Origin: Geosiphon pyriformis uo1
Lineage: Eukaryota > Fungi > Glomeromycota
DNA: 39,750 nucleotides
NCBI GenBank assembly: GCA_016748015.1
Contig: JAAOMT010000626.1
Location: forward strand, 6,382-46,131
Direction of reading: 5' to 3'
In this document: piece after piece, positions 36,504 to 39,750 of the stretch
How positions within the stretch are numbered: the first letter of the stretch is position 1
Layout: each line of letters opens with the position of its first letter
Position numbers and translations under genes: made by a program
The notes under the pieces: model-generated
What the model was told of the DNA's origin: nothing
What the model saw: the letters and a program-made list of their open reading frames with translations, nothing else
Database searches by the model: none

Positions 36504-39500
36504 GTGGCGTCTGCTTCAGACATAACAACTCTAGAGTACTACCAGTTGATTTACACTCACTGCAAGCAAAGATTCAACATCCAAGACGGAATTGAGGCAT
36601 TTAAGAAATCATTATACCAATACATCGAAAACCGATTCAACAACTACCTATTTGGAGACTACAACATTACTGAAGTCAAAAGCAATCTCTACAACAACTT
36701 ACTACACTATTCTCGTCTAAATACTGAGGAGCTCAACAGTAAAACAATTGCCACCTACTTTCAAGAACTTGATTTCAATATCATCCAATACTGTGAAGAA
36801 AAATACCCAGTCCCACAACAATTTTCTCTAGGTTTCGAATCAGAGACAGAAACAAGCAATAAAGGCAAACAGAAACAGAAACAACTTTTCAGCACCACCC
36901 CCAATACTCCAAAAACTCCAAAGATAACTGCCAAACATCTACAAACACCAGAGCAAAGAACCAATATCAAACTACCACTATCCCTTACACCGTTTCCTGC
37001 TTCACTTGCTCAACCACAGACACCAGATTCACCACTTGTCCGGTTCTCAAGAATAGAAGATTTTCAGTCACCAAAGAATCCTACTCAACAGCAGAAACCA
37101 ATATTAACTAGCACCAACCTTCTTGATTACTTACAAGAGAATCAAAGTAATCATTCTGAGAACCTAGAAAGCGAAGGAACTGAATCAGAACAGGAAGAAC
37201 CAGAAGACCTTGAAAACGAAGAAATGGCAACCGCTTATATTGCAAAAATTCCCGAATTTACTGGTGAAGATAGCGATACCAGTCCTCAAGAATGGCTTGA
37301 CAAAGTTTTGAAAGCAGGAGATGCGAATGGATGGAATGCAGCCAGAATGCTCAAAGCAATTCCTTACTTTCTCCAAGGAACGGCCGGAGAATGGTTCGAA
37401 AATTTGGAAGGACCATTTGAAAACTGGCAAGCATTCAAAGATGCTTTTCTTCAACAGTTCACCGACAACAACACCTTTATCACACTCCGAAACCAATTCC
37501 GAAACATTAAGCAAGATCCATCAGAATCAGTTATGACTTACCTTGGAAAGTTCAACAAACTACTCAGAAGAATTCGCCAATTGGAAACCGATGAATATTA
37601 CTCCAATGCTCAGATTTTGGATCAATTTATTGCTGGACTAAAGGACAAACTGATCAAGAAAGTTCGCCCACACAACCCAGAAGATTTAGCTACTGCCATT
37701 CGCCATGCGAAAAATTACGAAATGGCTATGGAAGAAGCTAACCGCACAAAGCTTGTTAACCTTGCCATTGGTGAAACCAGCTCAGCAGCTGAAGAGAAAA
37801 TTGACCAGCTTACCAAGAAAGTTGAAAACTACTTCACCAATCAACAACAACTGCAGCAACAACCGCAAAGATATCAACCACCCCAACGACGGAACCAAGG
37901 AAACTTCTCATCAGCACCCATTGGTCAACCCCAGAATTGCCACTATTGTGGAATTCCAGGACATTGGAAACGAGATTGTAGGAAGTTGCAAAGAGACTAG
38001 CAGCAAAGGAATAATCAACGTCATTCCCAACCACAATAATCATACTATCAATCTCCACCACCACCAGCTTATTATTCACCAAAACCACAGTACCAGAACA
38101 ACTATTATCAACCCACTCCCCAACTAATGCAACAGCCATACCAACAACCTCCACCAATTGCACAATATCAACAACCACCTCCAGTTCAACAATACCAAGT
38201 ACCTGCTAGGAGAATCACTCAACAAAATCAATTCACACCACAAACTTGTTTTCAAAACAACAACAACAGAACTAGCTCCAACAATCAATTGGTACCCAGA
38301 AATCCGATTCAACAGAGACATAATCATTACCAAACACAACCAAGTTACTTAACATTGCCAGAGGAACAGAATTTTCAACAAACTGCACTTTTTGAAGGTG
38401 AAGTTGCAGCACCAAGACAAAACCCTTCTACCAACAACCAAACAATCCCACCAGCAAAGATTGCCGAAAATGCCAACCTTTCAGATATATTCCCATTTGA
38501 ATTTGAAGCAAACGAATCACCATTCTTGCTTAGCAATGCAGCTGTCAATGAACAAAAAGCAATTACAGCTATGTATACAGAGGCTAAAGTAGAAGGAAAA
38601 CAAATCCGCTTAATCTTAGACAGTGGATCCGCCGGAAGCATCATCACTTACCAACTGATGCAACAGCTCCACCGGAATGTGGATAGACCTGCCCAAACAG
38701 TTATTGTCACTGCTGATGGTATGAAAAAGACCCCAGTAGGAGAAATTGACAATTTCCCTTTCACAATTGATGGAATCACTATTCCAGTCAAAGTTCTGGT
38801 CATGGATGCACCTCAATATCAAGCTCTTGTCGGAAATGATTGGCTTCTCAAAGCCAATGCAAATCTAGATTGGGAGACCCAGGAACTCAAAATTTCATAC
38901 CAGAGACAATACACCAGAGTACCTGCTACTTGTGGTACTTTCAACAAACGCTCAGAAAAAGCCCCAGTATTCGAATTTGAAAAGGAAGAAGAAAAACCAA
39001 CTATTGAAACTTACATGGCTCTTGGATCAACATCCAATTGGGCTGACAAAATGGAACAACAATTCGTCAATAACCCAAAACCACAAACAACTTGGTTGGA
39101 AACACCAGAACAAGAAACAGAACCAATTTCCAACGAATGGGAAATACAATCATATTCAAAACAAAAACCCACCAAAAGAAGAGCTCACATCCCACTCAAA
39201 TGTAAGGATTGCAACAAAAAGCTTTCATCCATAGGAGCTTGCATTCACCCAGAAGAACCATATGGAGAACATACCTATTACTACTGTAAAGCATGTCACA
39301 ATGAAAAATTTGGCCACCCAAAATGAAGTGGAAAATGGGACAACACTCCTTGCCTCACTTGTGGAGAATTATTACCAGAGGAATGCCAGTGGATTGATGT
39401 ATCCATGAGAGGGGGAGTATGCGACCAAACCTGCCAATATGCCCTATCAATTTCGGAAAAAGTCAGAAGAGGAACTCCATTCGATGCAGCATACAACAGT

Positions 39501-39750
39501 GCTCTCAACAAGCTCTATCACTACCCTCATGATGCTGAAATGATCTTTGATCTAGCAATGACTTTAATCAATAGAGCCACACAAGAAGATGTCCGCCAAA
39601 TGAAGGAAGCTGAATACATTGCATACACTTTTGAAATTGCTGGATTCAACTATAAAGATGAGGTTGAAACCTATCACCAAATCACAAGCCACACATACCC
39701 GACCAAAGAAGCTCAAATTCAACGATTAGAGCGAATGAACATTCAACTGT
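36504..39750 (+). pseudogene. Gypsy-B gag-pol polyprotein (partial)
   Basis: Frame opens at a GTG; first ATG at 37224. CHYCGIPGHWKRDC knuckle, LILDSGSAG protease, CxxC domain. Point stops at 37998, ~38036 and 39324. Confidence 0.93.

Larger units (their letters stand above)
35722..39750 (+). mobile_element. Gypsy-B: related Ty3/Gypsy element (5' LTR, PBS, Gag, PR, Cys-rich domain), runs off the window
   Basis: Starts TGTTACCAG directly after LINE sequence ...CCGC. Homologous to Gypsy-A throughout. Confidence 0.96.

Noticed and set aside
31009-39511. Numerous short antisense or alternate-frame ORFs over LINE and Gypsy coding regions (also 3294-3602 and 5605-21607)
   Set aside because: Shadow ORFs of real coding frames, not conserved between the paired copies.
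5587-39750. Whole window as one large inverted duplication (LINE::Gypsy-kinase | kinase-LINE::Gypsy)
   Set aside because: The copies are clearly diverged, the Gypsy insertion sites differ by ~1.4 kb, LINE-A has its own TSD, and the intervening DNA is not palindromic.

Overview
Very AT-rich, intron-containing eukaryotic DNA. The TKL-kinase family and TE content resemble a Glomeromycota fungus (inference from recalled protein families, not a search). About 60% of the window is two independent nested retroelement structures in mirror arrangement. (1) A full-length RNase H-bearing LINE on the minus strand (5587-21608, 14-bp TSD) has a Ty3/Gypsy LTR element inserted in its ORF2 (8919-18199, 4-bp TSD GCAT). 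(2) A second full-length-5' LINE of the same family on the plus strand (from ~30907) has a related Gypsy element inserted in its ORF2 (35722 to the window end). In both nests the Gypsy is co-oriented with its host. The Gypsy family is unusual. It has an ATG-free leader containing a conserved ~240-codon Met-free Gag extension with a GUG in Kozak context. A multi-CxxC domain, a dUTPase and a degenerate dUTPase-like repeat lie between protease and RT. The integrase may be separately translated, there is an extra ORF at the env position, and U3 carries a 20-bp-phased TTC-N3-GAA array. Host genes are a small secreted Gly/Asn-repeat precursor with Kex2/Ste13-like sites (3159-3632), a 4-exon TKL kinase with three disabling lesions (28137-29744), and a divergently oriented kinase fragment (26224-26610). 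All TE ORFs are broken mainly by C>T/G>A nonsense changes.
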